Below are positions 1-14,962 of a stretch of 64,000 nt of DNA, piece by piece. The notes below the pieces were generated by a model. The model ran no database searches. It had not been told where the DNA came from and saw nothing but the letters and a program-made list of their open reading frames with translations. The stretch comes from Raillietiella orientalis (lineage: Eukaryota), in NCBI GenBank assembly GCA_036172245.1, contig JAYWIR010000006.1:682001-746000 (forward strand). Reading direction: 5' to 3'. Every line of letters begins with the position of its first letter. Within the stretch, counting starts at the first letter, position 1. The translations under genes and the position numbers were made by a program.

Positions 1-3000
1 GCTGAGCCTTCGGTCTTTAGCCATCGGCATCAGTTTCTCGTTGACGATGCCAGCGCTGCTGCAAATTTATTCCAACAACCTCACGAACAGAATGTTTGTC
101 AGCTGCATGCAGTTCGCGTGCCAGCAGTTTTACGTGCTTCACAGGAAACGTTTCGTGCTGCAGCTGCTTGCCTCTGCGGCCCCCATTCTCGATCTGAAAG
201 TCGATGAACTGTACGGCCCGATGGACACGGTATGACGCTGAATCCTGGACACTCTGGTTCGACTGTCGGGAAACACCCCGATTCTAGATCCATCCTGGGG
301 CAGTGTTCGACTTGCTGCTGTCTTTCGAAAAAGTTCTCGCCGACGAATTCGACTTGCTGTCCTTGGTGACCATCGAGAAACCCCTGAAGACATTGGATTT
401 CTGCTATCAAGGAGAGCCTGACACCATGACCATGCTGGAGTGCATCTCCCTTTGCATCACTGTCATCGCCTACTCCGCGGACTCTAAGAGAGCCTGTCAG
501 ATGCTGGTAAGTGAAAGTGCCGTGGAGGAACGAAGCAAAGTTTGATGGTTTCTGGAGAACATTCTGGAAGCGATCCTGCCCTTTTACCTGCAGCACATTC
601 AGCGAGCCGATACAAAGAAAGACTCTCGTCAGGAGAGAAATGCCATCCATCAGCTGGCTGTGTGCATCAAGACCCTGGTCAACAACTGTGAAGCTCTGAC
701 CAAGTAACCATAATCTATGAATCTTCCTTATTTGAATCTTCCTTAGAAACTACAGCGGTCCTTCTCGACCCCCTGTCGAGAAAGCATCCAGTTTCCGCAC
801 CATGAGCTACTCCAAACCAGTGAAATCTCATATGCAGTTCGAAGACGAATTCATGAAAGACAACCGGAGGCACCTGGATAAGGAACCAGAAGACACGGAA
901 GTACGTTGCGAGGCGAAGGTCGCGCATCGGTCGCTCCGTTCTGCTTTCCTTCCAGTACCTCCGCAACGTTTTTCGCGTACCACGTGACTCGCTGCTGTCC
1001 ATCGTCGCCCTCTATTATAGGAAGTGTTCCGATCGCCTCAGAGAGCTCAACAAACGCGCCGGACACGACCTGAAAGCCGTGGAGCTGCTGGACGTCAAGT
1101 GCCACGCGGTTGGGCTTTTCGAAACGCCGGGCGCTCGCTCACCCGAGTGTTCTCGCTCTTTGCCAGAGGTTAGCGGAAATATGCATCACCCTTTTGAAGA
1201 TGGCCAGCTACGACGCCCAAACGATGATGAGCTGCAAAGGAATCACTGAGTACATGAACTGCATCCTGCCGTACTCCGAGTGGACCCAGGAAACGCTCCG
1301 TCCGTCCTTGATTGTGCTCCTGAGACGCCTTGACAAGATTTTCAGCAAAATCAGCCGCAGGACCTCCTACCGGGTATTGTGAGAGTGTGTCTCGGAAGGT
1401 TGGGGAAATCCCCGCCCAGGGGCGCGTCTCTGTCGTGTGGCCTTGCTCGCGCAAATCCGCGTTCAATCCAAAGGCATCTTGACAGTGCGTCACTGAAGAT
1501 CGGTGTCGAGAATTGCTGAGTTCAGAATGACGCTCGCGACTTGGGGGCAACGAACATTCGAGCCCAGGAAGCTCGCCATCCTTGAACAATCTTCGAGGCA
1601 CGTGCTGCATTTGACAGCGAGATCCCTGCCTCTCGTGGATGCTCGCGTGCTTCGTCGCGAAGCGACAACCGGTGAATTTTGCTTCGGAAAACTGCCCCTC
1701 CTCCGCAGGCGCTGAACTTCCGTTTCAATGCTGCATGCACCCTACCAACTCTGTTCATTACTTTCGAAAAAAAAAAAAAGAAAAACTATGGAATTTCATC
1801 GCCGGAACAATGGAGAACAATCCAAGAAGTTATCGATTTGTCTTTCATTCCACATCGAGCTTTGGGAAGTTTTTCCTTCCATAGTTCAAAGAGAGATGCT
1901 TCACCTCTTCAACAAGCATCTTCTGAAAGAAGAATAGGAGCGTGTCGTGTTTAAGATTCCTTCTCGGAGCCTCTGTCTGCGAGTGGGGAACATCTTTTGC
2001 CACCCACATCGAAATTCCCCTCAGGACTTGTGAAAGGAAGATCAAACAAAATTCAGATTCGACCTGGACAGTTGGGGACATTTTGTAGAAGGAACGGCGT
2101 AGATGGAACCTGGCAGTTTTCGGATTCAGAAGAACAGTAGGTCTCGCAAATCACTACGGCAACCAACAGTCAGAACAAACTTGCCGAATGACCATGCGGG
2201 GCAGCGCCGACATGATCCAAAGCTCTTTGAAGCCCACCCGCCCACGAAAACCCGTTCCCGATTCACTCCTCTGAAGGGCTTGCTCCACTCTTCCAACACC
2301 CTGGAGATTCCTCCCCCCCCACACACACACACTTGATGGAGAAGAGGGTCTGACTTCGTGACTCCCTACCGATCTCCAACGCGTGCGAGCGTCATTCCAG
2401 TGACCACTACACCCAAAGTCAAGCAGCGTCCTGCAGGGAGGACTCGAAAACCAGGACGCATCCACTCTCTTCATCAATCTTTCACGGATACCCCAACTTT
2501 CAATGCTTGGTGCCACGCACAGGAGCCGCGAACGCTCCACCGCTAGTGCAGGCCCTCAAATCAGCTTTCTTCAGGAATGCATGGTGCTTTCATGTTCGCC
2601 ACGTTAGGACGGTTCATCGCAGGCTTGAGAAGATTTATTTCAGAGTGCTTGTCTTTGTCTTTCCGAATGTATCGAGTCTTTCTCTTTTGGTGACACCGAC
2701 GTTTTGCCTTCATCCAAGCACTTCAAGAATTATCGTACACTCTCTGCTCTTGGCAGGACTCTGGAGAACCATTTTTTGTGTAGACTGCCTCTCCATCTAT
2801 ATAACCAGAGCGATGCGACCTGCGATCCTTCGGCATTCCCTCATCGGGCTAGTTGGCACGCCATGCCCTTCTTTTTTCGTAAGCGGCATCATGGATCCAA
2901 TGTCCTGTTCTGATGAAAGATCGATACGAACACGTCGGCGGTACTGATGGCAGCAGCAACCCTTTCTGGGGAGAATCGTAAAGCAGTCTAGGTCTTTCCG

Positions 3001-6000
3001 GGTCGTTAGAGGCGGAGAACTCCATCGGCATTGCGACTTGCCTTTTCCCCCTTCTTGGTTCCAAAAGCGAATTTACTGACCTGGTGGATTCTGCTGTTCC
3101 ATCTCATCCACATCTGTTTGTATCGAATATCTCCTTCTCCAGTGCTGATCCAGGTAGCGCCGCTTTTCTTAACGTTCCTTCCTGAGTACCTACGTGCGGA
3201 TGAGTCCAAACTGAGGATCTTCCCCATGACACACACAGTCATTCATCGACGCGAGGGCATCAAAGAAGCATCAGTAGGAAAGGGAATCGGTACTCAAGCC
3301 TGGGAATGAGGGTGAACCCTACTGTCATCGAGTTCGCATTCAAGAATCTGGAGGAGTCTTTCGCAAACCGACTCAGCTGCTGTCCTCGGGGTTCGGAGGA
3401 AACGAAGAGTAGTTAAAGCTTCGTAACGGTGGAAGCATTAAGGGCCACACGCATGGGTGCTATCATCATGCTCAAGCCATCATCCTTCAGGAGAAAAGAG
3501 CCATTATTTTTTTCAGAAATGACTGAGAAGTCCTTACTCTGTGTAGTTCTGGATAGTGGTAGAAACCCTCTCGTTTCCTCCTAAGAGTTTTGGAAATTCC
3601 ACAGTTAGTGACACAAGAAGCCATTCAACAGTGATAACCACGGACAGACCTTCAAGAAGGAGCAAGAAAATGCGGCTGCTCAAGTAGCTATCAGGTTCTA
3701 TTTCAGCAAGGAAAGAGATCAAAAGAAAAGCAGCAGCAATGAAGAATCGAGATCGCATAAGTTTTCCTGTGAAAACTTCTCTTCTTTGAGAGAGTTCTGT
3801 TGACCAGAAAGAGAAGTGCAAAAGTATTCGTTCCAGAGAGGAACAGCCTTCTCGAACTCACACAAAAGAGCGCACGGCAAGGAAAGTGTTAGAAGAAAAA
3901 GGAGAAACAGGAGCATGAGCCAGAGAAGCTGGAGGCGCATTCGAAGTTCGAAAGAGGAGTTTCGAGTTTCATTCGTTGCCAAGGAAAAATCGACAGTGAC
4001 AAACTCCGGAACCATTCCGGGTATGAGAACCTTCAATCGTTTGAGCTAGAATGACATGAGATGGCGCAGGAAAAGCAAACTTCTGCGTCCAAACTTTGGA
4101 TACAAAGCCACGGAAGGAGTGACTTTCAGATGTCGGAGACAGAAATTCTCAAATCCTTGCTTGCTGATATTTAAAGATCAGTAAACGAAAATCAGATAGG
4201 TGGACTGGCGTCAACCTTCTCAATAGACTCCGATCCTCCGTCTCAGTGTACCCCGACCTTGTGGTCTCAGATGGCGCCAATGGAATCGGAAAATCCTGCG
4301 GCACCATCCTAATCTGTGTAAGACGGTTTTCCCGGATACCGCAGCACTCACGTGAGCAGGACTCAATAGTCCATTGGCAGAGTTGTGCAGTGAGCCACCA
4401 GAATGTGAGGGCTCTGTCCGAAAGACTGGAGAATGACCCTAGAACAGGAAACGAGTCAGATTCAGCCACCCTGCATCTATATTGGAAAACGAAATGTAAT
4501 CAATGAGAGTTCGATACACCCCGGAAACGGAAATGAACTGCACAACGCACCAATGGCGGAACGCTGCCCTCGGGAAAACTCGCTGCTTATCGAAAAAGAA
4601 AAGACCCTCAGAAAAGCAAAACTCCTGTGGCATAAAAAAGAAATGGAATGAGAATATGAGGAAAGTAAAACAATCTGTAAGCACACTGACGAAGCCTCTT
4701 TTTCAGAACGATGTGGACTGGAAAACAGCTTCAATGATCTTGAATGGGCTTTATGAAACACTCTGCAGGCATCCTTACATCAGCCACTTCCCGAACCTGA
4801 AGACGATCATCACAACGTGTCAGGTAACCGAAAACTCCAAGTCGTTTCCGCGAATGGGATTCAGAAATGCGGCGGCATCACCGCCTGCGGGGGATCCCGA
4901 CAACCTGCTTTCCAGACCAACAGCTTCAGCTCTCTTGCAGTCCCTGATCCTCGGGGAGGCGACTCCGAACACCTCGCTGAATTCCGAACTCGGGCAGCCT
5001 CAAAATGTGACCCCTGAAAGCCTGCCCCTCCCGTGCTTCTCCTCGGTAGTGATCAAGTTGACCTGCATGCAAATCATAGCCATCGGGGTGAGTTGTTTCC
5101 CCTTTCCCCTTGCGGAGCATCATCCTTGCATGCTGCACCACGGAACCACTTGGACGGATGAGCTCGTTGCACACGAGTTCTCATCTTCTGCATAAGTGTT
5201 AACTTCCAGACGGGAAAGTTAGTCAGTCGCTGGCACTAAAGGACGTCTTTTGCACATATCCTCTTACACTTCTTTTCAAGAACTGGGCACCTCCTCGTTC
5301 ATATCTTTCCCTCATACAAAATGGTGATTTTTCTTTTTCCTCAGAACATAGGTGCATAGTATATGCTTTTTCGAATCGCATCCGTCCATCCACACGTCTT
5401 CCCGACTACATGGAAATTTCTTAAGAAGCAATCCTTTGTGCTACGTCATTCTGTGCCACGAAGATATGTTGTCTTTAAGCTTGAAGGATGCGTTTCTGCC
5501 TCAAATTACAATTATAGCTGGGGTGTAGGAGCCCCGGGCCAAGCTGCCAACCCAGATTTTCGTGCGAACTGATCCTCAAGGTCAGGTCTATTCCCATCGC
5601 CATGGAAAATGCTCTTGCGTGAAGCAGAGTCTGGTCCCGCGTATTGCTCTTTCTTTCCTTTTGCTCTCCCTCGTATGGATGATGGCATCAGGGAAAGTCG
5701 TCCCTCGTAATAAAAAGCCATCGTCGGTCTTTGGCAGATACGCGAAGACCAGGGGTATCATTTCACTGCTTCGGTTTGCATCGGCACACGGAAGATCGGA
5801 GATGTTCCTCTGCCCGCCTTCCGTTTCCTGTCTTCCTCGCAAAGATGCGAAGAATCGTAAGTTTGGAACGATGAAGGAAAAGATGGATTCTGTGATAGCC
5901 ACGCCGGAAAAAAAGGAATTCGGAGTGATGGAAGGCGAAGATCCAGGAGCAAAAATCAAAAATAGCCAACTTGCAATCGGGCAGGAAAAGTAAGATGGGG

Positions 6001-9000
6001 GAGATGTCCTCATCGATGGCACCTTATTGGTGTGAAGTAGCTTTTAGCGGATGGTAGGAAACATTTCCAGCACCTTTGCACCTACTCAAAATGCGATACG
6101 GAGGGAGACGACTATGCGTTCCCATGCTTTCCGAAAACAGCATCTTCCTGCGAACTGTTTTTTGGTTGACGAAGACCAAGAGATTGTCCTTGACCCTTGC
6201 TACCGCAGTTATTTGTCCTTGCAAATTCTTCGAGCAGCTCTCATGCTCCAGGAAACCTGGGAGCGGGTGCGTCCATTCCCGATGCTGCGAGCCGATAAGC
6301 CGGGAGAACTCTGAACGTTCCCGGGAGCGTCACAGGTCAGGTCGAATGGGTGAGCGTAGGCGTTTCCGCTGAAACCTCAACTGAGCCAAGGCGAACGCTG
6401 ATGAGCCGGAAATGCGCGCAGCAGATTGCCACGGGCAAAGATGCTAAAGAAAGAACTGCCAGTGAGCTGACGGCTGATCTGGCAGCCGTCCGCCAGTTTT
6501 GCCCATCGACTGATTTTTCCTCCGGCAAAATTGCCCCGAGAAAGAAGCTGCTTGAAACCCGGTTGCGCTGGGACGAGAAAGAAGCTGCTGACTGATCAGG
6601 AAAGAGTCACTCTCGATCGATCACTTGCACGGATGAATGAGGATGCAATGAGAAGTCACTGGCTGTGCTTGCGAGAGAGAACTGCAGAGGACTTGAATCT
6701 TTGAACATTCTGTAAGCCGCTCTCATGCGCATCCTTACTTCCTTACCCCAAATGTGGATGAGTCGAGTTGTCCGCATTCGGGAAAGATTTTTTGCCTTTT
6801 TTTCTTCTTTAATTCCATCCTCCGTTTTCGCCTTCTCCCGTTAATTCCACAACTCTCGAAGAAAATGAAAAATAAATAAAAAAGAGCGTGGGAGGCGAGC
6901 TCGCTCACCACTGGAATGAACCAGCGCAAGCGACCGCCAGTCGAGGCATCACGAATGAGGAACTTTGAGGGATATTGGTTTAATCCTACGAAACATTCCA
7001 GTCGATGTCAGAACGTGGGGGGTCTTCAGGAATGTTCCCGGGCCTGTCTCCGTCGACTCCGCAGAGGGACCATCTGAGAACTTTCAGTCGCAGACCAGGG
7101 TCGAACACACCAATGCTTTGCATTCTTTCGATTCCTCCAAAGTTGCGATTTCGGGTTCCTCCAGCAACGAAGACGATCGAAATCCCGAATGTCGAAATTT
7201 CGAAAGACCGTGAGGGATAGATAGATAGACATTGATTTCTTAATAGAGCGTATAAATTAATATATAGATTGATGTTCATTATAAAGATCATAAAAAACTA
7301 AAAAATATGTTTATTATGTATAGACGACTACCGAACGAGTTCCTTTCCAGGCTTCGTGGTATCATTTTTAACAATCTTAGGAGCCGTGGTTAGCGCTTAA
7401 AATGCAGAGAAAGCACAAAAAAAAGGAACGATCCGGAAGGCATCCCACTGAAGTGTTCGGCACTGTTCCACCGCGAGCCACCATGAGACGAGAGCGTTCA
7501 CTCGTTTCATCATGGGAATGGGGTGTCGAGTTCCGAGCATGAGCCGAGTACCGAAACTTTTTGTTTCTCGCCAAAACGCGACGAGTACTGAGTCTGACAC
7601 CGTTGAGTACCGAAATACCACTGTATTTCGGTACTCAACGGTACTCATATTTATACATGAATACTTTTATTGTATTCATGTATAAATTATCAATCTATAT
7701 ATTAATATGCATAATTAACATGCGTGTTAACTCTCATAATCCTTATAATATAGATTAAAATACATATATAATAAACGTATGTATTCATTTCTTATGATCT
7801 TCCCTTTTTTTTGGTTCACTGAGTAGTGAAGAACCGTTCGCCTCCTTAGGGGCTCCCTGGGATCTTTCGAGATTCGACATTTGGGATTTTGACCGTTAGG
7901 GATTTCGATGTTCGGAATTTCGAACCGAGACGGAAAAATTGCTTCGGGCACTTCCGCGGCCAAAGACTCTCCCTACCACAGGTCCCAATCCACAACTCCT
8001 TGCTCGCCTAGAAAAACAGGTGGTGCTCGTTCGGATCGTGCTGTGAAAACTCAACCTGAAATTCACTTCCTTTTCCCGCTGTTAAGAACGGCTACTCCTT
8101 GGAGCAGCTGTGTGGAGGGATCAACATCACCCTCAACGAACGGAGGATGGAGAATTTACTTCTGAATTTATTGCTCCCCCTCTTGCTTCAAACGGGATGC
8201 AGGAGTAAAGGTAATGGAACCCTCTAAGACCACCTGATGACCCTCCTCCTAGATGTACCGGAAATCCTTCAGGACGACCTCCTCTTCTGTCTTCGCATCC
8301 TCCTGAATGGGCTGGACCACTCCAGCAAGCACTGCACGATGAACTGCCGCCACCACAGCTTTAAGACGATAGTCGACCACAGCTTAACGCATGCCACCGA
8401 TGACAGACTGTCCCCTTTACTTTGCCAGATCATTTTCCTCGGTATGGACTCTCTTGCGTTCTTCCAGTGGGTTTTCACGGAGCAGTGATTTGACTCTGGG
8501 ACTCTTGAGGTTCCTTTCGGAACATCCTCCCTTCGAAATCCGACCGCTGAGCCGTTTCCCTATCCGACCGCTCTGCTGTGGTTGCTTTGCTCAGAACCCG
8601 GTTGCAGGTGCTTGCCGCAGCACCTGGCACTCCCTACTTTTTCCTCCCTTCTCGTCTGATGCTGAATCGTGTGTATCCTTTGAGATTCCCGGCGGGAATA
8701 GGGTGGGTTCATCAGGTAGCGACCTGATTCCATGAGCTAAGGAACGTATAGGGCCGCTGGCTTTCTACCGACGACAAAGCGTCTCTGCTACAGTAGCGCT
8801 GGATGATCTTGATCTTCGCAGCAGTAGGGAAGCCTCGATCATTTTTGTGTGGATGTGTGTGGCACGGCGCCAACTGACTCCGGAAGTCGACTGATTGCTG
8901 AATCGAGTCAGGGACCTCGCACGCTCGTGCCCGAGAATATGAAAAGGTTCGACTTGGCAAAGCCCAGCTTTGAAGTCCCAGAGCCGTTTCCTCCCTGGAC

Positions 9001-12000
9001 CGAAAGCGATAAGAGTTACGGGATCGAACTGGACAGAAAAGGATTTCGATCTGCATGAAAGTTACAAGGGCAAGTCTGACGGAATAAACGGAAAAGGACG
9101 ATAAGGATGCCGGATGGGGGAAGGGAAAGTAGCAGAGAACAAAGAGAACCGACCCATGAGTGCTGTGGGAGGTGCAGATGGATGCAGGCGACTGAGCCTA
9201 AGAGAGGACTGGGCACAAAGGAGCTGGAGGAGCCTGACTTGGCGGAAGCCAAGATCAGATTTGTGCAGTCACAAAAGGAAATGGTCCGGCTGTTTACCAG
9301 GATGTTTTTTGGCTGCACTCTGTGCGGGACTACGGCAGTAGCACAGAAGAGGATAATTCGTCTACTGAGCGACTGGAGTGAGTGGTAAGGAAAAAATCCG
9401 ATTCCTAAAGGAAGGAAAAAGCATTGCCCCTCTCCCCCCCCACTCATGCGCGCATGTAAATCTGTTCATCGCACTTTGCAAGGCAACCGAACAGTGGACC
9501 CGGATGTGAGGGTATGAAAGAGGAAATCAAGCTTGCCCTTATGATATGAGATCGCAGGAATTCCTCAACTGGCAACGGAACTACTGTGGCGAAAAGCAAG
9601 TCCAGAAAGTTGACCTTGAAAAGCTCGCAGGAAGCAGCTGCAGAAAACGCATCTCAAGGAGTCCGTGCGAAAGCAAACGAAGAAATAGTTTCAGAAAGGG
9701 AACGTGGACTGCTTGGAAGAATGAGACAGTAGCCAAACCACATGATACACGTCACGGGTGAAGATGAAGGTGCAAGCAGAGGGTCATTCCCCCCCATGGT
9801 TTGGAAGGCAGAATTGTCAAAGAGAGATTCAGTATCCGGTTATCCGATGACTATCCGATGACATACAGCTGCCACGAACCTTCTCTTCCCGTGTGAAACG
9901 ATACGAAGGAACACACCAGGAAACTGATGCTGAGGACTCAGCTGTTCCTTCCTCGCAAGGGTTTCTCATCTTGCTGAAGTCCGTATGCCCTTTGACTCTT
10001 GTCGTCGTGCTCTAATAGGCCAACGTTCTTTTACGTGGTGGTCCGTGGTGCTTTGAGGGCAAATACTTTTCGGGGAGTGCCTCACGAAGGCACTCGGGAA
10101 AGTGCAGCTCCCAGACGCAGGACGGTTCCGTCGCACTCTTGTACACATCCTTCGAGCGAAGTCTTCCGAACGTCTCATGTCTCTGCGGCAGTCTGCATTC
10201 CAGAGGGTGGAATGCACAACTCCGTGACCACGAGCGGTAAACGAAGGTTCCTTGGAGAAGTGGACAGCGGATAATCAGTCCAGATAATTGCTCCTTTTCC
10301 ATGAAGACAAACGAGAACGTGGAGGATAACGAAAAGCAGAAACCGGTTGACGAGTTCCATTCCCAGGAATCTGCTGCTGCAGAAAAAGAGCTGGAAACTA
10401 TGAATCCGAGGCTGTCAGTCCCTTGGACCGTCAAAATAGGCTCCACAATAGGCAGCGTGACTGTGTTTTGGAGTACAAGGAGATCCTTTAGGGAGAAATA
10501 AATTCTTACTGGAAGTAAAAAAAAAAAAAGTAGGGCATCGTGATCCAACTAGGAAAACGCTTCATGAATGATAGAGAAAAGATGAGGCTTTCTTGGTGAG
10601 TGTTGGGTACTCGGCAACATTTGGAGAAAACGCAGACACGGGAAACCCGGAGACTGCTGCCGCTTCTAGAACCATTTTCTTCTTTGAAAGGAGCAATCTG
10701 GAAGTGCGACCTCTCATTCACAAATTCACCAAGAAAAACCTCACTCATAAGAGCCTTGGTGCCACTGGTGCTTCTGATCTCCTTGCAGTATGTCTCTCAC
10801 ACTTTGAATGCTTCCTCAGCGAAAGTGCGGAGATGCAGAATGCTTTCCTCCAGGCCGAACACGTACACAGAGAATGCTAAAGCTCTTGGATTCCATATCG
10901 TTTGTTCTCCAATCCTTCATGAGCTGGCTTACGAAAAAGGCATCCTTGGGAAGATGGAAAGAGGAGAATCTTCTTGGCATTAACGAAACGGCACTCCAAA
11001 CATGGGAAGCAACTTCTTTCATGCCTTTTTTTTTTATCTCGATCAATTGTTCTTCTCTTTCCCCAAGTTTTGTGTTTCTGCTGATTTCATTGCTGTTCAG
11101 AATATTGGTCTTCATTTAGCAGCAGCTTGTCCGCTCGATGAAGCATGGCTGCCTGCCAAAGACCTGACTGACTGTTTCCCATAAGCTCATCTGTTCTCAA
11201 AAACGATGAACGCAACGCAACTGCGGGTATATTCTCTCCCATGCTCACAGCACACACCCTTTCTGAAGAAAGAACCCAGAATGTTGACACCCTCCAAACC
11301 ACAGCTCGCTTAAGGTGAAACCGTCCCCAAGGGCTGACTTACGCCTGTAGCACAAAAACGTGCAATTATCACGGACGCGAGAGCATGTCATCAACGCGAT
11401 CCCGACGCAGCTGACCGCTTCTGCAACCGGGGATGGGGTTCAAGAACTAATGCTCTGCTTGTGTCAGGTTTGAAGATCGTGATAGCAGCCTTCCCGGAAA
11501 AGTTAACACTTGAGTGGTATAAAATATCTCAAGCCATCATCTCTTTCGGAGCTACGAACCACTGCGAGCAGTCTTTCCGGGACTTCTTATGCTTTGTAAT
11601 TGAGAACCGAGGTCCCTTGTACATCCTTCTCTGTCCGTTCATCGAAAAGGAAGTAAGTGTAGACTCAAGTACGAGGGAACCTCCTTCATTTGTGTATTTA
11701 AGAGGCAGAAAACTCCCGAAGACCAGCTGCAACACGAACTGCCCATGCAAAACTGCCGTCGATCCGTCTTGATAAATCTCTCCCAGCAGCTGAAGGAGAT
11801 AAAAGAAAGGATCATAGGTGCCAACGGTAAGGAACCCGCTGCTATCCTGTCCGACGGTCAGTAGCATCCGATAAACGCCGCAGGCTCATAGGAGAAGGCC
11901 GCCATCTTAAGCCTTGATTGATCGCATTAATCAGCGATAAAAGATCATTCGGTGTGCACTGAATCCAATCAGTTCGTTCGCTCTCTCCGCGTCCGATCGA

Positions 12001-14962
12001 CGCTTAGGATTTTTGTTGTACGGAGGAAAACGGGGGGGCTTCCAGTAACCCCATTCCAAATAACCAGAAGTTCTGCAGCTCCCATTGGAGCTGTGAACTC
12101 TTCGTATCGCCAGATACTCGAGGGAATCCTCCTTTTCAAACCTGTTGCTACCTCTCCATCCAGGCTTTGGCGCGTATCTGTCAGTAGGAGGCGTTTCCAC
12201 TCCCCTAAGCTGGTCTGCTGAGTCTTCCCCTAGCTGAATAACCACTGACGGATCCTTTCCTTCTGAACAGTGATCTTGAAACCATCACACCCATGCAGAC
12301 AAAAAAGAAAAAATACACAAAAAAAAGGTGCATCAGAATTATTTTTGTGATTGTGGATGTCACAACGAAGATGATGAACATCACAATAATGAAGATGAAC
12401 ACCGTGGAGGAGAATGCACATCACGAGGAAGATGAAGAACATTGCGGAGAAAATTACCTTATCCATTACTTGTTCTTTAGGAAGACAATTCGGTTGTGCT
12501 TTAACTACTACCAAGAGGCACTTTACCGACCATGGTCCACGAACTTCCCTCAATCAACGTGGTTTCTGTGAACGGTCCTAGAATGCAGATGCTGATGAAT
12601 CCAAAGGATGACGCAAAGGATGTAGAATTTTTCCGTTCCTCCATCGACTTCTTTACTGGCTTGCTTTGTGCAGATTTCCACTCCTTGAACCTTCTTCCCC
12701 CTGGCACGCGTCTCATCCTCAAGAGTGGGAACGCGAGCACCAATTCCTTTCGAACATACTGTAGAAATTCCTCGTGTCATCCCTTAAGGGTCCCTATCTC
12801 CTCGACACTCCTCAAGGTTCCTCAAGGTTCGCAACTCCTCAGGGTTCAGCTTCCTCCTTTTGCAGGGATCTTCTTTTCCTTGCTCCCCGGTGGTGACAGG
12901 TATTCTCGGAAGTGAACCTGCCACCGCCGCTGGGAAGGCGATGCGTGAGAATGTGCAAGGGCTGCTCCCGTTCGTCACATCTCCACGGTTCAAGCTGTGG
13001 CCATCCTCCAAGGTCACAGCTTGTGCTCCGAGTCCTCTGTTCACTCTTCTAGCATGGATGCGTATACTGGTTGCAGTTTGGGATGGCTCCTTCTCCTTTC
13101 TGCGTTGCTCATATCCGAGCTTACAGCTTTCGGAAGTGGTCGACCGAGTGGTCGCAGAGCAACCCCGAACAAATCGCGTTCCACGCGGCGTGGCAACATG
13201 CCCGTGGGTTGGCGGCCCATGTGACCACACTGCCGCGCGTGGCAACAAATGCTGCGGCTCCCTCGGGTTCTCGGGTTCGAATGTCCGTCGTGTGTCGACG
13301 CCAAGAACGAGTGCTCCTTGCCCACAGGTTGCGCTGGCTGGCTGATGGGCTTCGGATGCGCTACCGGGGTTACTCCGAGGAAAGTTGGAAACGGAATGGT
13401 CCCTATGACTGACTGGAATGGGAAGCGACCCGACGGGGTACTTCTAGGAATGTCACCGAGTCCTTCGGGATTCTTCTGCACATGGAGCCGACCCCTACTT
13501 CCGGGAACCACTCCATAGCGTTCATGAAGTCGACATTCCCCCTTTCGGGAAGTTCCCCTCCCTCTAGTGTGCTTGCAATCTGCCTCCGTCGGGGAAGCCC
13601 TTTAGAGGAGTAATTAATGGGCCATTTCCGAAGCAAACGAGATGAGCAGCCAGCTCCAGATGAGATCCCATCTTCAGCTCTCGCTTGAGGGAGCTTTCGG
13701 GATTCATTTCTGGAACTCGTGCGCAATACGTTTTCCAGACCATTCTTTACGCGTCTGCTCGCGTCGTGCGATCCGCAGCATCGGCTCTTAGAATAAGAGC
13801 AAGGAATTTTCACCAGTCTTCGAGATCCTGGGATTGTTTCAGGGCGCGTGATGGAACGTCATTCAAAACGTGTCATTCCCCCTTCCCCCCTTTCTCACTG
13901 TGTCAGGAAATCTGAAGTCCCTAAAAACCGATGCTCCCTTCCTGGATTCTTACGCTTGGAAGAGTCAGATGCTTTGACCTCGCTTAGCGCTCAGGACTGC
14001 CGCATTCTCCCAGAATCGCAGATTTCGCGATTTGGCAGTTCCGCTCTCTGGGCTGCTGCACCGAAAGCACTTGCTCCCTGCCCCCAACCCACCCCACCCC
14101 TTGCAAGAGTGCCGGAACCATCCCTTCCGCGCTGGTACGCCGCGCGCCCAGCATCCCAGCACCGGCGCTTTTGAAACATTGCGATCGTTCGTCCCCTGCC
14201 CCACCCCTACGCACGCAGGGGCAGCGTCCTTGGCTGCTCTTCCCTTGCAGTCCGAGGAGGTGGGACGAAAGGGCGAGCCGCAACTGCGTCTGATCCCTGT
14301 CATCCCCTCCAGCACCATCCAACGTCCTCAACGCTCGCCCGCCATCGCTACGGAACCTGGGCCCGGGAGCGTCGAACAAAGCGGAGTCGGACGAAAAATC
14401 CTCTCCCACCCACCTGAGGAGGAAGTACAAGCTGGAGTCTGCAGTGGAGCGCTTCCTAAGACGTGTCAGCCTATCGGGAGATTGTGGGTCTCCTCCCACA
14501 GAAGGCAAGGAGCAGAGACATGAATTCCCCCTCTCCAGCCTCTTCCACTTTCACTATAAAAAAAAAAAAAATATTTTTCTTTTGTTTCTTTTCTTTTCTG
14601 GTATCCCTGCTCTTCACGCAGACGGTGAGCAGCATCCTTCGGAGAGCGTCGCGGAGGACGGTCAGTTTGCTGCAGGCAAGAATCGCCTCTACAGGAAATC
14701 GAACAACAAATTCCATCGGTCTGAGACCCAGAAGAGAGCAGCCTTGACAGGTTTCCGGATTCTCCTCCAGCCTTCGACGCTACCGTCGTGGGTTTCAGGA
14801 TTGGACCACGAGGGAGAAGACGCTTCCGCAAAGCCCGACAGCTGTGACACCTCCTCCGATGCACACGCCGATGGCCACCCCAAAGACGCGAGTTCCAGAC
14901 TCCACCGCCAGAAGGCTCAAAGCCGCAAGGCCTTCGAGCTGCGCAAGAGCAGGAAGGAGCAG
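1..14962 (+). CDS. unc-80: UNC-80 (NALCN channel complex subunit), 3' portion; 5' end lies outside the window, 3' end unresolved
   Basis: Hand-spliced, frame-consistent exons: <=21-229, 288-506, 558-703, 747-900, 956-1108, 1167-1373, 4707-4823, 4941-5087, 8087-8210, 8253-8441, 11468-11652, 11703-11826; less certain 14313-14504, 14622-14750, 14799-14962. Peptides such as MPALLQIYSNN..QFYVLHRKRFVLQ, KPLKTLDFCY..LECISLCITVIAYS, ILEAILPFY, LLRRLDKIFSKI and RLHRQKAQSRKAF are recognisable as arthropod UNC-80 (recalled family knowledge, no search run). Exons between 11826 and 14313 and after 14962 are not resolved. Confidence 0.92.
7169..7927. mobile_element. Degenerate non-autonomous DNA transposon (MITE-like) remnant in an unc-80 intron
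   Basis: Left ACGATCGAAATCCCGAATGTCGAAATTTCGAAAGA (~7174-7208) is an imperfect inverted copy of right TCTTTCGAGATTCGACATTTGGGATTTTGACCGT (~7863-7896), with further CGAAATCCC-type subrepeats to 7927. The interior is AT-rich relative to the flanks and carries GAGTAC(C) repeats. No TSD identified. Confidence 0.6.

Noticed and set aside
2900..4450. Purine-rich intronic stretches here and at 9000-11200 resembling TE coding remnants
   Set aside because: No reverse transcriptase, integrase or transposase motif could be read.
7523..7650. GAGTACCGA repeats as a CRISPR-like array
   Set aside because: Irregular short repeats without constant spacers, in a eukaryotic intron, with no cas genes.
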